DNA of 64,000 nucleotides, taken from IMG/VR virus record IMGVR_UViG_3300037296_000406; one strand, written 5' to 3'. The position numbers and the translations under genes were made by a program. The notes below the pieces were generated by a model that had not been told where the DNA came from, searched no databases, and saw only the letters and a list, made by a program, of their open reading frames with translations. This document shows, piece after piece, positions 20,911-31,100 of this stretch. Each line of letters opens with the position of its first letter. Position 1 is the stretch's first letter. This DNA is from an uncultured virus (IMG/VR IMGVR_UViG_3300037296_000406). Lineage: Duplodnaviria > Heunggongvirae > Uroviricota > Caudoviricetes.

Positions 20911-21232
20911 ATTTATCCTTTTTCTTTTTTGATAATATTTTCTTCATCGCAACAAGAGAATTCTCGTCTGGATGGTATTTAACATCCGTAGATGTTGGAG
21001 ACATTAGCGTTTCTCTAAATAAAAATATAATTGTTAAATAAACCATTCGAACTGAAAACTGAAATAATATTTGGCAGAGTATTAACTCGACTAATACTAC
21101 AATAACATAAAGAAAATCTGGTTTCATGAAAAGATTGGTTATAATAAAACAAATAATAAAAGCAAACATCGAAATTGGAGATGATTGCGTTAAGTTTTTG
21201 TCAGCGGAAATATCAATACATTGTGTTGCCAT
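20903..21232 (-). CDS. VirB3-like small membrane protein
   Basis: 109 aa, two TM segments, overlaps virB4 start by 8 nt, downstream of pilin-like genes. Confidence 0.55.
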   Translation of the reverse strand: MATQCIDISADKNLTQSSPISMFAFIICFIITNLFMKPDFLYVIVVLVELILCQILFQFSVRMVYLTIIFLFRETLMSPTSTDVKYHPDENSLVAMKKILSKKKKDKYE

Positions 21233-21240
21233 ATAAAACT

Positions 21241-21248
21241 TAAATGTA
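21241..21248 (-). promoter_or_regulatory. TCCATTTA-family motif (TACATTTA)
   Basis: 8 nt before ATG 21232, no SD. Confidence 0.55.
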
Positions 21249-21313
21249 AAAAAATAAGAAAGTTCATTGCTATTTTTTTATTATACTAATAATTATATTT
21301 ATTTATTTTTTAG

Positions 21314-21349
21314 AAAAAAAAAGAGCTTTTATTATTAGCTCTTTTTTTT
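21314..21349. terminator. Intrinsic terminator (A/T-flanked, potentially bidirectional)
   Basis: AAAAAAAAGAGCT-loop-AGCTCTTTTTTTT just after the pilin-like gene 21366..21677. Confidence 0.75.
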
Positions 21350-21365
21350 GGAATATAATGTTTTT

Positions 21366-21677
21366 TTATAAGCCTGTTAAGCCAACCCATTTAAATGCTG
21401 TAGGCCACTGAAATGCAAACCAAGTTATTACTGCAGGAACTATAGCTTCCTTAAATGCATTTGCTGGATTAAAATTATTAAAATAGAGAAACCATTGATA
21501 ACCTGCAAATATAATTAATCCAAAATCTAGTGATTTTTTAAAGTAAGGGTCAGTTATAAGAGAATTCAAGCTTGACTGAGCTGTGTTACTTGACTGAGCT
21601 AAAGCTAACTCTGGAGACAAAGCTATTAAAACTAAGCTTATAGTTGATAAAGCGTAAATCCAATTAATTTTTTTCAT
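21366..21677 (-). CDS. VirB2/TrbC-like pilin, paralog 1
   Basis: Signal-like leader ending PELALAQ, two hydrophobic helices, ~100 aa, upstream of virB3/virB4. Confidence 0.6.
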   Translation of the reverse strand: MKKINWIYALSTISLVLIALSPELALAQSSNTAQSSLNSLITDPYFKKSLDFGLIIFAGYQWFLYFNNFNPANAFKEAIVPAVITWFAFQWPTAFKWVGLTGL

Positions 21678-21700
21678 ATTTATTTCCTATTATTAAATTC

Positions 21701-21708
21701 TAAATGGA
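21701..21708 (-). promoter_or_regulatory. TCCATTTA motif
   Basis: 23 nt upstream of ATG 21677, AGGAA SD in between. Confidence 0.65.
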
Positions 21709-21752
21709 TATTTAACTATAAAACACATGATTTAATATTATTAATTAAAAAT

Positions 21753-21776
21753 AAAAAGCCTTCAATTAAGAAGGCT
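21753..21776 (-). terminator. Intrinsic terminator
   Basis: Stem AGCCTTC/GAAGGCT with 6-nt loop, followed by T-run on the minus strand, after gene 21801..22109. Confidence 0.75.
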
Positions 21777-21800
21777 ATTTATTAATTTTCACTGGTGTTC

Positions 21801-22109
21801 TTAAATAAGTTGAACCCATTTAAGAACATCTGTCCACTGAAATGCTAAGAATGTAATTCCGGCAGGAACTATAACTTCTTTAAATGCACTTGCTGGATCA
21901 AAGTTAGCAAAATACATAAACCATTTATATCCAGCAAAGATGATTAGACCTAAGTCAATCGCGCCTTTAAATAATGGATTCGATAGTAATGTTGCAAAGT
22001 TTCCTTTCATATCATTACCCTGAGCCATTGCTAGTTCTGGCATAAATGCTACAACAGCGACAAGAGTTACCATAAATAGGTAATTCCAGTTGATTTTTGT
22101 GTTTTTCAT
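21801..22109 (-). CDS. VirB2/TrbC-like pilin, paralog 2 (start revised to ATG 22109)
   Basis: AAGGAGG SD before 22109; PELAMAQ leader; GLIIFAGYKWFMYFANFDPASAFKEVIVP closely matches paralog 1. Confidence 0.6.
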   Translation of the reverse strand: MKNTKINWNYLFMVTLVAVVAFMPELAMAQGNDMKGNFATLLSNPLFKGAIDLGLIIFAGYKWFMYFANFDPASAFKEVIVPAGITFLAFQWTDVLKWVQLI

Positions 22110-22156
22110 TATATTCCTCCTTAATGTAAAAACCTGTTTCTCTATTAACAAACATC

Positions 22157-22164
22157 TAAATGGA
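22157..22164 (-). promoter_or_regulatory. TCCATTTA motif
   Basis: 47 nt upstream of ATG 22109, SD in between. Confidence 0.6.
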
Positions 22165-22223
22165 TTATTTTTTTTATTTATATGTTTTTTTTTATTTTTT
22201 TTATTTTTATAGGTATTAAGCGT

Positions 22224-23165
22224 TTATCCATTCTTAATATCCTTCATTGAGTTCCAAAGTTTAGCAAGAAAACCTCGAGGTATTCTATCAGGACAAAAAG
22301 GCATTCCTCTTTTAACTGCGTCAAAATAGTCAACTAAGATATGAACAATATCTGTTAAATAAACTGGTACACACCAGATGACCCAATTTAAACTTAAAAA
22401 ATTTTCATCCCAAGGAAAAAACATCTTTAGCCAAGAAACCATTGTTACCAAGTAATAATTTCCTGTAATAAAGAATATTGACTCATTGATGATTGTTGCT
22501 ATTAACAATAAATAAGCAACTCTTAGCCATGTACTTAAAATTAAGTAATGAGATACCCCCCTGTGTGTAAATACGTAAGCATATGGTGTCCAAAGATGAT
22601 ACCAGAACTTTGTAAGAGGAATTAATATATACTTCAGAGAACGAGCTAGAGAGTAGTACAAGACCCATTTTCCTATAGGGAAGTGGGTCATTCCGGGTCT
22701 CGACCCATATACATCTAAATCTGGTTGAAAATAGTCACTACAATACATATAGAAAAAAACAAATATACCTGATGCAGAAAGTGAGCCATAGTATGGAGCA
22801 GTGTCGCTAAAAACAGGAATACCTTCTTTTATACTTAAATATGCAAATACTCCGACAAAAACAAAAGGAGCTATTAGTTTATTGGCTTTGACATTATCTG
22901 TCAGATCATCAGGGTCTAAGCTTCCATATAATATTAAGTAAACAGCAGCCATAACGGTTAGGAAAGGGGCTATTCCACCAAACATAGATTCTGGGTTATA
23001 TAAAGGAACATTTATTCCAAAATGTAAATAAATTGCAACCATAATAGAAAGTATAGGTATTGTATGAGTTATCTTTCTAGCTCTCGTATTTTTCCGTTCT
23101 AATAATTTAACAAAAGGATGCTTTCTAGGTCTTCCTTTTTTTTTCTTCTTTTTCTTAAAAATCAT
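22224..23165 (-). CDS. DUF2227/YdjM-like putative metal-binding membrane protein
   Basis: PDLD; WTPYAYVFTHRGVSH; TWLRVAYL; HILVD; multiple TMs. Confidence 0.65.
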   Translation of the reverse strand: MIFKKKKKKKGRPRKHPFVKLLERKNTRARKITHTIPILSIMVAIYLHFGINVPLYNPESMFGGIAPFLTVMAAVYLILYGSLDPDDLTDNVKANKLIAPFVFVGVFAYLSIKEGIPVFSDTAPYYGSLSASGIFVFFYMYCSDYFQPDLDVYGSRPGMTHFPIGKWVLYYSLARSLKYILIPLTKFWYHLWTPYAYVFTHRGVSHYLILSTWLRVAYLLLIATIINESIFFITGNYYLVTMVSWLKMFFPWDENFLSLNWVIWCVPVYLTDIVHILVDYFDAVKRGMPFCPDRIPRGFLAKLWNSMKDIKNG

Positions 23166-23172
23166 AATTAAT

Positions 23173-23180
23173 TAAATGGA
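23173..23180 (-). promoter_or_regulatory. TCCATTTA motif
   Basis: 7 nt before ATG 23165, no SD. Confidence 0.7.
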
Positions 23181-23202
23181 TAAATAGTAAAAGAAACTGA
23201 TA

Positions 23203-23439
23203 TTATCTAGAGCCTTCTCTCAATTCTCTCAACAGTCTTTCTCTCTCAATAGGCGAACGTCCATCGATAAAGCTATTCATTGGAAAATCTATTCCGGGTA
23301 AGCACCTAAGATATTTACCTTGTTTATCTTTATCTGGGTGATGAGTACAAATTTTATGTGGATTTGTTTTATAGATTACATACCAACCTGATGCACAAAT
23401 AAAAACTCCTGCCAATAATAATTGCATTAAAACTTTCAT
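23203..23439 (-). CDS. Small membrane-anchored hypothetical protein
   Basis: 78 aa, N-terminal hydrophobic segment, AAGGAG SD. Confidence 0.65.
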   Translation of the reverse strand: MKVLMQLLLAGVFICASGWYVIYKTNPHKICTHHPDKDKQGKYLRCLPGIDFPMNSFIDGRSPIERERLLRELREGSR

Positions 23440-23451
23440 ATATTCTCCTTC

Positions 23452-23973
23452 TTAATTTACGTTTATTTCGGTTAAAACATGTTCGCCTGAAATCGTTGGC
23501 TTTATAAACAACATTTCAACAGTTTGAGTTTTTCCATTTTCATACTCAATAAGATATCTAGTCCTATAATAATTTCCATTAAGTAATTGTTCATCATTTC
23601 CAACTTTTCTATATTTTTTGATATTACCATCTTCCTCTTTCATTGCGAAATCGATTTTAGATAGACCTTCGTCTTTGGACATATCTTTTTGCATTTCTTG
23701 GTCTACAAATTTTGATGTTGATGAGTTAAGCATAGAACCCTCTTTTAAATTATCTAAGGCTACTGAACCAGATGTTTTTAATTCAACAAAAAAAGCTTCT
23801 GCTTTCTGTTGAGGTGTTTTCATATTTTTCTGCTTATTCTCTTGTTGTATTTTTCCCATTAAAGCGAGTCTTTCTCTAAAAGACATACCTCTGACATCGT
23901 ATGTCTTTTCTTTTTCTGCCAAAGCTATTCCTGACATTGTTAAAATTATTATGATTAGATATTTCATATACAT
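23452..23973 (-). CDS. Secreted hypothetical protein (start may be ATG 23967)
   Basis: Signal peptide ending ALA; AAGGAA SD fits 23967. Confidence 0.7.
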   Translation of the reverse strand: MYMKYLIIIILTMSGIALAEKEKTYDVRGMSFRERLALMGKIQQENKQKNMKTPQQKAEAFFVELKTSGSVALDNLKEGSMLNSSTSKFVDQEMQKDMSKDEGLSKIDFAMKEEDGNIKKYRKVGNDEQLLNGNYYRTRYLIEYENGKTQTVEMLFIKPTISGEHVLTEINVN

Positions 23974-23988
23974 TCCTTTATTAATAAG

Positions 23989-23996
23989 TAAATGGA
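23989..23996 (-). promoter_or_regulatory. TCCATTTA motif
   Basis: 15-21 nt upstream of the start; divergent from the copy at 24048. Confidence 0.65.
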
Positions 23997-24047
23997 GTTG
24001 TTCCTTCTTTTAAGTGTTATTTTATATATGTCTTTTTATTTACATTA

Positions 24048-24055
24048 CCCATTTA
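24048..24055 (+). promoter_or_regulatory. TCCATTTA-family motif (CCCATTTA)
   Basis: 6 nt before ATG 24062, no SD. Confidence 0.65.
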
Positions 24056-24061
24056 GTTTTT

Positions 24062-24382
24062 ATGAAAAGAAAAATAATACACTTTAGTTTTTTGTCATTA
24101 ATGTTTATAAGCAAAGCTATTGCTCAATCTTCCGAAGAAATTGAAGATACTTTGGGTAAGAAAATTCCTGTACCAACTGCAGATGAATTAAATGTTCTCA
24201 AACTATTTGCACCTTATATCGACATAATTTTATTATTTACCGTAGCTTATAACTTATATTTATATTTTATGGATTTTCAGACAGAAAAAGCTTTTCTAAA
24301 AATGATTCCTATTGCTTTCATGGTATTCATGGCTACACAGTGGAGAACAGTTCTTGGTTGGTTTGGAGTTTTTGGAGTTTAA
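24062..24382 (+). CDS. VirB2-like pilin, divergent paralog 3 (start revised to ATG 24062)
   Basis: AIAQ leader; AYNLYLYFMDFQTEKAFLKMIPIAFMVFMATQW aligns with the C-termini of paralogs 1 and 2. Confidence 0.55.
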   Translation: MKRKIIHFSFLSLMFISKAIAQSSEEIEDTLGKKIPVPTADELNVLKLFAPYIDIILLFTVAYNLYLYFMDFQTEKAFLKMIPIAFMVFMATQWRTVLGWFGVFGV

Positions 24383-25098
24383 AACTTAACAATAAACCCA
24401 AACCTAGAAGTTGATTGTCCTTGTCTAGAATATTCTAAATCTAATTGATCATAATGCTCTTGAGCAAAATAAATACCTACATCATTATTTTTCATTCTAT
24501 AAGATAATTCTGAATAGAATCCTAATTTATCAAATGTAGTAGGAGACGAATATACGTCTAATCGAGAAGTAAAAGATTCTCCTTCATACAATATTGCTGA
24601 ACCTAAATTAAAAAATATATATCCAGAATTAACTTGATCAGTGAATGCTAATTTTTGACCAAATCTTAAAAGTGGTGATAATGTTATACTATTTAAATTT
24701 AAAATAGAATACATGACACTTTGCCTAAATATTCCATTATTTTTAGAAACTTGAAAATCAAAATCAAAATTTAACTTCTCATTCATTTTTTTATAAAATG
24801 TTAAATCAAAAGATGGTGTTAAGCTAGAAACAAAGAAACCTAGTTTTTCTTCATATTCTTCTTGCTGAATACCTAGTCTAAATGACATAATATTTTTGTC
24901 ATTAAAATCATCAATATTCAGATCATTATTTTTATTTCTCTTTTTTATAGATGGGCTTATTGTTTTTAAATTAATTTTTTGGTGGAAGTAATCTGAATCT
25001 TGTTCTAGGTTGTATATAAATTTTCCCTCGCCAGTATTATCAAATGATAAAGTTAAATTAGATACAATAAGAGTTATAATTAAAATTAATTTTTTCAT
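24379..25098 (-). CDS. Putative outer-membrane beta-barrel protein
   Basis: Signal peptide; alternating aromatic/hydrophobic strands; C-terminal RFGFIVKF beta-signal. Confidence 0.55.
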   Translation of the reverse strand: MKKLILIITLIVSNLTLSFDNTGEGKFIYNLEQDSDYFHQKINLKTISPSIKKRNKNNDLNIDDFNDKNIMSFRLGIQQEEYEEKLGFFVSSLTPSFDLTFYKKMNEKLNFDFDFQVSKNNGIFRQSVMYSILNLNSITLSPLLRFGQKLAFTDQVNSGYIFFNLGSAILYEGESFTSRLDVYSSPTTFDKLGFYSELSYRMKNNDVGIYFAQEHYDQLDLEYSRQGQSTSRFGFIVKF

Positions 25099-25105
25099 GT
25101 ATATC

Positions 25106-25113
25106 TAAATGGA
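25106..25113 (-). promoter_or_regulatory. TCCATTTA motif
   Basis: 7 nt before ATG 25098, squeezed into an 18-nt intergenic gap. Confidence 0.7.
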
Positions 25114-25116
25114 TTA

Positions 25117-28100
25117 TTATTCAGATGAGCAATTAAATTCTATGCCTTCAAGAGTAATGTTTAAACATGATCCAGCTTCTCCTTGGACACCTGATTCCCC
25201 TTGACTTCCTCTTGTTGCAAAAAATGGATTATTGTATATTGTATCTGCGTCTCCGCCTAAACCTCCTGTACCGAAAATACCTCCAGAAGTAATAATATCG
25301 CCTGTAAAGCTATTATCTTCAGATATTAAGAATATTGTACCAGAATGACCTCCATTGCCTCCTGCCGATCCTCCACCTCCACCATAAGATATTTCAGTAC
25401 TATCGTCTCTAGTACCATTTTTTCCTGAAATTCCCGACTGAGCGTCTAAACCACTAACCGACATTTCACCTAATCCAGATATAGAACTTAAGCATTTTAT
25501 TAATAGTGGTGCACCATCATAGCCTCTTAACCCTCCAGAGATAGAATCACCACTAGAATCATTAATAGCTAGCTGACCTTCAGCTCCTCTAAATAAACTT
25601 GGAGTACCAAAATCAGAAAAAGGAGCCCTTTGAACTGATGAAGAGCCTCCGCTTCTTCCACCAAAACCGTGTATTTGATAAAGCGGAACCAAGTGAGATA
25701 ATTGATTATTATCTATATCATTTAGAATTATTGTTACATCATTCTCTGGATTATTAGAAAACCCACCTTCCCCGATAATAGAGCCATCAATAATACAAGA
25801 TGATTGAGAATACAATTCTATAAATTCTGTTGCTGATTTTCTTATTCCAGAGACCTCATCAATTGGTTTTAGAACTAGAGAAGTTCCTTCTTCAATAATT
25901 ATTTTAGAAAAATCATATCTTCCTGCAGGTAAAGTTAATATTTTATTAATAGGATTCCAATCATATCCGATAATAGAACTAATTGCAATCAAGTTATTTA
26001 CATTATCTTTTATAAGGGATGGTCCTGACTCACTTAAAATAAAACTACCTAAATTACCTGAAATTGAACTACCTGTAACTTCTATGTCTACTATTTGAGT
26101 AGTTGAATAATCAGTTCCATTAAAGGCTCTATAGAAAAATGAATCTAAATTTCTATTAGTATTATTATTAGGTGTGTACTTACATGATAAATAATCTCCT
26201 TCATCAATAAAGCAGTTAGTTATTGTTCCTGATGTAGGATTTTGAATAATTTCATAAGTTATAGCGTTTCCGTTTGGATCGTAAGCTTTAGGAATATTTA
26301 ATACTATTTCATTAGATAAGTTGTTAATATAGAAAGTTTCAGCGCCAGTCAAAAAAATTGGTTCTGTTGCATCACTAACTGTAATATTAATTAACTTAGA
26401 AACTGTTCTTTTATTTTTATCAGTAACATAAAAGGATAAAGAATCTACTCCAACAAAATTATTGTTTGGAAAGTACATGCAATTATTAGTTACAACTAGA
26501 TTACTTTCATTTAAATTACAATTAGATAATGTTCCATTAGACGGTTCACTATCTACTACATAAAACAGAGAATTCCCTTCAGCATCGTTAGCATTATCGA
26601 AATTGACTCTAGTACTAATGTTTTTAAATACATCTAAAATTAAATTATTATTATTTTCAAATCTTGGTGCGGTATTTGAAATATAAAAAGAGACTGTTTT
26701 ACTTTCTGAAAATTCTTTTCCATCAAATGCTCTAAATACTAAAGAGTCGAATTCACCTTCTCCTGTATGATAGTATTCGCAAATCAAGTCTTTCGTATCG
26801 CTATTAATACCCAAACATTTATCTATATATCCTTGAGTAGGATTAGTTATTACATCATAAGATAAAACATCATTTTTGTCTTCGTCTATAAACTTAGGAA
26901 GATTTATCTTACCTAAAGATTTGTAATTAGCTTTTGAAAAATTCTTAAATCCAACTTTATTAAAAACTATTTTATTTTTTAATTCATTTTCAGATATAAA
27001 ATAATATTCACCTTCTATCTTTTTTACATTATTAGAATAAAATTCTGTTCCTTTAAAAAGTGAAGATAGTGGAGTAGTACTTCCTATGACTTTATCTTTC
27101 TCATTTACTACAATAGTATTAAATAAAGATACTCCGTTATTTAATAAAGTAGCTTCATTAATGTATATATAAGGTGAGTTAGAACCTAGTGAAATCAATT
27201 CTGTTTTTTTGTAAGATATTGAATTATTTGTAATAATTCTTTCCGAATTAAATAGATATGATTCAGTTTCATAGACATTAGATACAGTATCAAAATATCT
27301 TAAATCAAATTCATTATTATTGAATGGATTCTCTATTACTAGCATTAAGTACTGGTCAATAGATGTTGATAAATCAGTTCTTATTCTACTTGAACTTACT
27401 TGAGTACTAACAAAAGTGTTATCTACATCATTAAATTTTGCAAAATTATTTTCTGCGACTATATAAAAATAATTATTTACAGGAAATATTTTACCGTTAA
27501 TTAAACCTGAAGGTAATGCAACTTCAATAAAACTTAAATTTTGAAGACTTTGTTTTATTAGTCTATCTCTTGCGGGATTTCCATAATTTCTAGTAATATA
27601 ATAAACATAATCAGAATTTATATAAGTATCTTTAATTTCCATAGTAACACCGATAGTGTCTTCAAAGGCTAATACTAAATCTCCTTCTACTTGATTGTAA
27701 GAAAATACTTTGTTTGGTAAAGTAGAGTCTGTAAAGAAAATATTTTCTCCTTTTGCTTCAATATTTATAATTGGAGATTGACTTTCATATATCTTAACTT
27801 TAATATTTTCATTAATTAATTTATAAAAAACATTTTTATTATCTTCAAAAACAGTAATATAAAACTCATCTTTTAAAGCAACATAATCTATAATATCATT
27901 AAAGTTGTGATTTAAAGTTAATAAGTTTAACTTTTTTTCTACAGAAACTTCTTCTCTAGGAATACTGTTCTCTAATAAAACTTTTACAGAAAAAGAGGTT
28001 CTTACTGAGTTAATACTTGACGAATATATAAAAGAGTCTGTTCCAAATGAACCACTAATTAAATTCACCAAGCAATCTTGACTTGAACCACTACCTAAAC

Positions 28101-31100
28101 AATTCATTAAATTGAATTTTGATGGAGTTACATCAACATTAGGATTTAATCCAATTAAACCATCAATATAACTTGACCCTGAACTAGGTATACTATAGTT
28201 AAAATTTTCCTTATACAAATAAAGACTTTCATTTCCTGATTCGCTTGACCATAAAGCAACTTCGTCTTTGAATATGCTTTTATTTCCGTTAAAATTAAAC
28301 CCTGTAGGAGTAATAACCTCAGATATAAGTAGAGAATCATTAATTATATGATAATTATTTAGAGTATCTTTTATAAAAAATCTATTTCCGAAAAAGCTAT
28401 CTATTTTTGATATTGTAAAATTTATATTCAAAATATTGAATCCTAAAATTGGATTATCATCAGTTATTTTTAGTACACTATCTTGGTCTAATAATAATCT
28501 AGATTTATCTTCAGAGACGTAAAAATCTTTTATAATATCATTAGAAACAAAATCTAATACAAGAATATCAGGTCTTAAATAAACCGCTTTTTTAGATTTA
28601 GTATCTTTAAATATAATAAAATCTTGAGACTTTCCTTTAAATAATTTACCATTACTTAGAGTTGACTGCAATGTTTTATTCGCTGTAACTGAATAAAATC
28701 TTTCATTTATATTTGATTGCAGATAATCATAAACATATATCCTTTGACTTTCATCTAATTCTTTAACAGTAATAAATACTCTTTTTAAATTAGTGTCATT
28801 ATCATATGAAACTATTTGTCCAATACTATTAAAAAGTTTACCTTTTATATTAGATATCTTTTCTACTTTTCCAAGAGAATTCATTTTAGCGATAAACCAT
28901 TTTCCTGAGTCATTTTGATATTTAAAAAATAAGTCTCCGTTAAAAGATGTTATTGGGGTAAAATTATTAGTAGTTCCAGTAATTAAAAAATCAGATTTAT
29001 TAATTACTTTATCTACGTAGTATTTATTCTCTTGACCAATCCTTGTTAAATTCAATCGATATATTGTTGATTGATTACTTCCCCAATATATATTATTATT
29101 AAAAACAACAGGATTTGACATTATATAATTTGGATTAAAATTAACAAAAGAAACTGAATCTTTACTGATAACTTTAATAGTATTGTTCGTTCCTGTTGTC
29201 TCAAAAGAAAATAACTCATCATTATATTGTATAGATCTAAATTTTAGAATACTTCCTGATATGGAATTCTCAGTTTTGTCAATATTTCTTCTTAAAACAT
29301 ATGATAAGGGTCCTGAAGAATTATTAAATATTAATGAGTTTCCTAGCTTAAAAACTTTATCTTCAAGAGATATACTTTCATTTTTTGATATAATAGTATT
29401 TGTTTTTAGTTTAAAAATCCTAGCAAACTTAGCTTCTTCTATACTAAAATCGATTTGTACGTCATTAAAAGAATTATTTAATAAGTCTTTCGATCTATAA
29501 ACAATAACATCGTTTCCAGTTTCGTTCTCACTAGCTGTATAAGAACAGTTATCAATACCATTCAGTCCAAAGCAATTACTCAATATACCTTTTGTTGGCG
29601 GATTAATTAATTCATATGTTAAATCATCATTTTCTAAATCTAAGGCTTCTGTTGCTCTGAAAAAATAAGGAACTTCTTGTTCTACTCTAAACAACCCTAG
29701 CTTTGTTGTTTGAAAAAAAGGCTCATCATTAACATCTTCTATTGAGATTAAAGATTCCAGAGGTAATGATTCATCTGTACCATCAAAAGATTTGTAAGAG
29801 AAAGAATCTATTCCAACTTCATTTGACTGAGTAATATACTTACAATTTAAGCCTTCAACACCATTAATGCCTAAACAGTTTGATAGAAACCCTTTAGTCG
29901 GTGCAGTATCTAACCTGTAATAAATATCTATGTCTTCACTATCAATATCAGTAGCTCCTCTCAAAATTATATCAGAAAGACTATCTTCTTGAACGATAAA
30001 AGCTAACAAACTTTGGCCAATCTCAGGCGCGTCATTTACATTAGAAACATTAAATATATATTTAAACTCGCTTGTTAATCCTGAGACATCTGCTACTTCA
30101 ACAATAACAAAATCTTCTCCAAAGAAATTTTCAGAAGGAGTATATGAACAGTCAATAGAACTATTTGTTAAGCAATCAGAGTTAAATACTCCATGTTCAG
30201 CATTTATTTTAATTGAATAAATTAATATATCATTTTCTAAGTCTGTTGCATTTTCTAAACTAAAATTGACTAAAGAGTCCTCTAATACTTCAAATACTTT
30301 TTCTTTATTTTGAAAAATAGGCGCGTCATTAATTTGATTAACATTAATGTTTACAATTAATTCAGATGAACTTTGACCTCCACCATCTGATACTGAATAA
30401 GAAAATTGGTCTGTACCAACAAAGTCTGAGTTAGGGATATACGTACAAGTTACATCAGAGTCTCCATCACTACCCGTCAAATCCATACAATTTTTTATCG
30501 TACCGTTTTGTGGACTTATAGATGATATAAAATATTCTAGAAACTCTTGAGGCGTATCTGAATCATTTCCTTCCAATAGATTAAAATTAAATTCTTCATC
30601 TTCATCTAAATTTATATTTAGACTACCTATTAACGTAGGTGCTAACTTTGTTGCACCAATAATAATTCTTACAGTTCTTGTTTCAGATATTTCTCCAAGT
30701 TGGTCTCTAGCTTGGTAAACAAATTCGTCGTACTCATTATTAAATTCAGGAAATGGGGTATAAGAACATGAAAGAGTGTCTCTACATGATAAAGATAAAT
30801 TCCCTTTAGTTGGAAACTGCACAATTGCATATGTAATACTATTTTCTTCAGGGTCTATAGCTGAAAGTATATTAAAATTCACTGGACTGGCAGGCAGTGT
30901 CTGTACTTCCTGATACTTATTTACAAAATAAGGTGCATCATTAACTTGAGATATTGTTATGGATACACTTCTAGATTCAGATTCAAGACCTTTGCTATCA
31001 ATTGCAACATAAGAAAAAGTATCTGCACTGTCTTCATTTTTATTAGGCGTATAAGTACAACTTAAATCAGATGTCAATTTTAAGCAATTAGAAATAGTTC

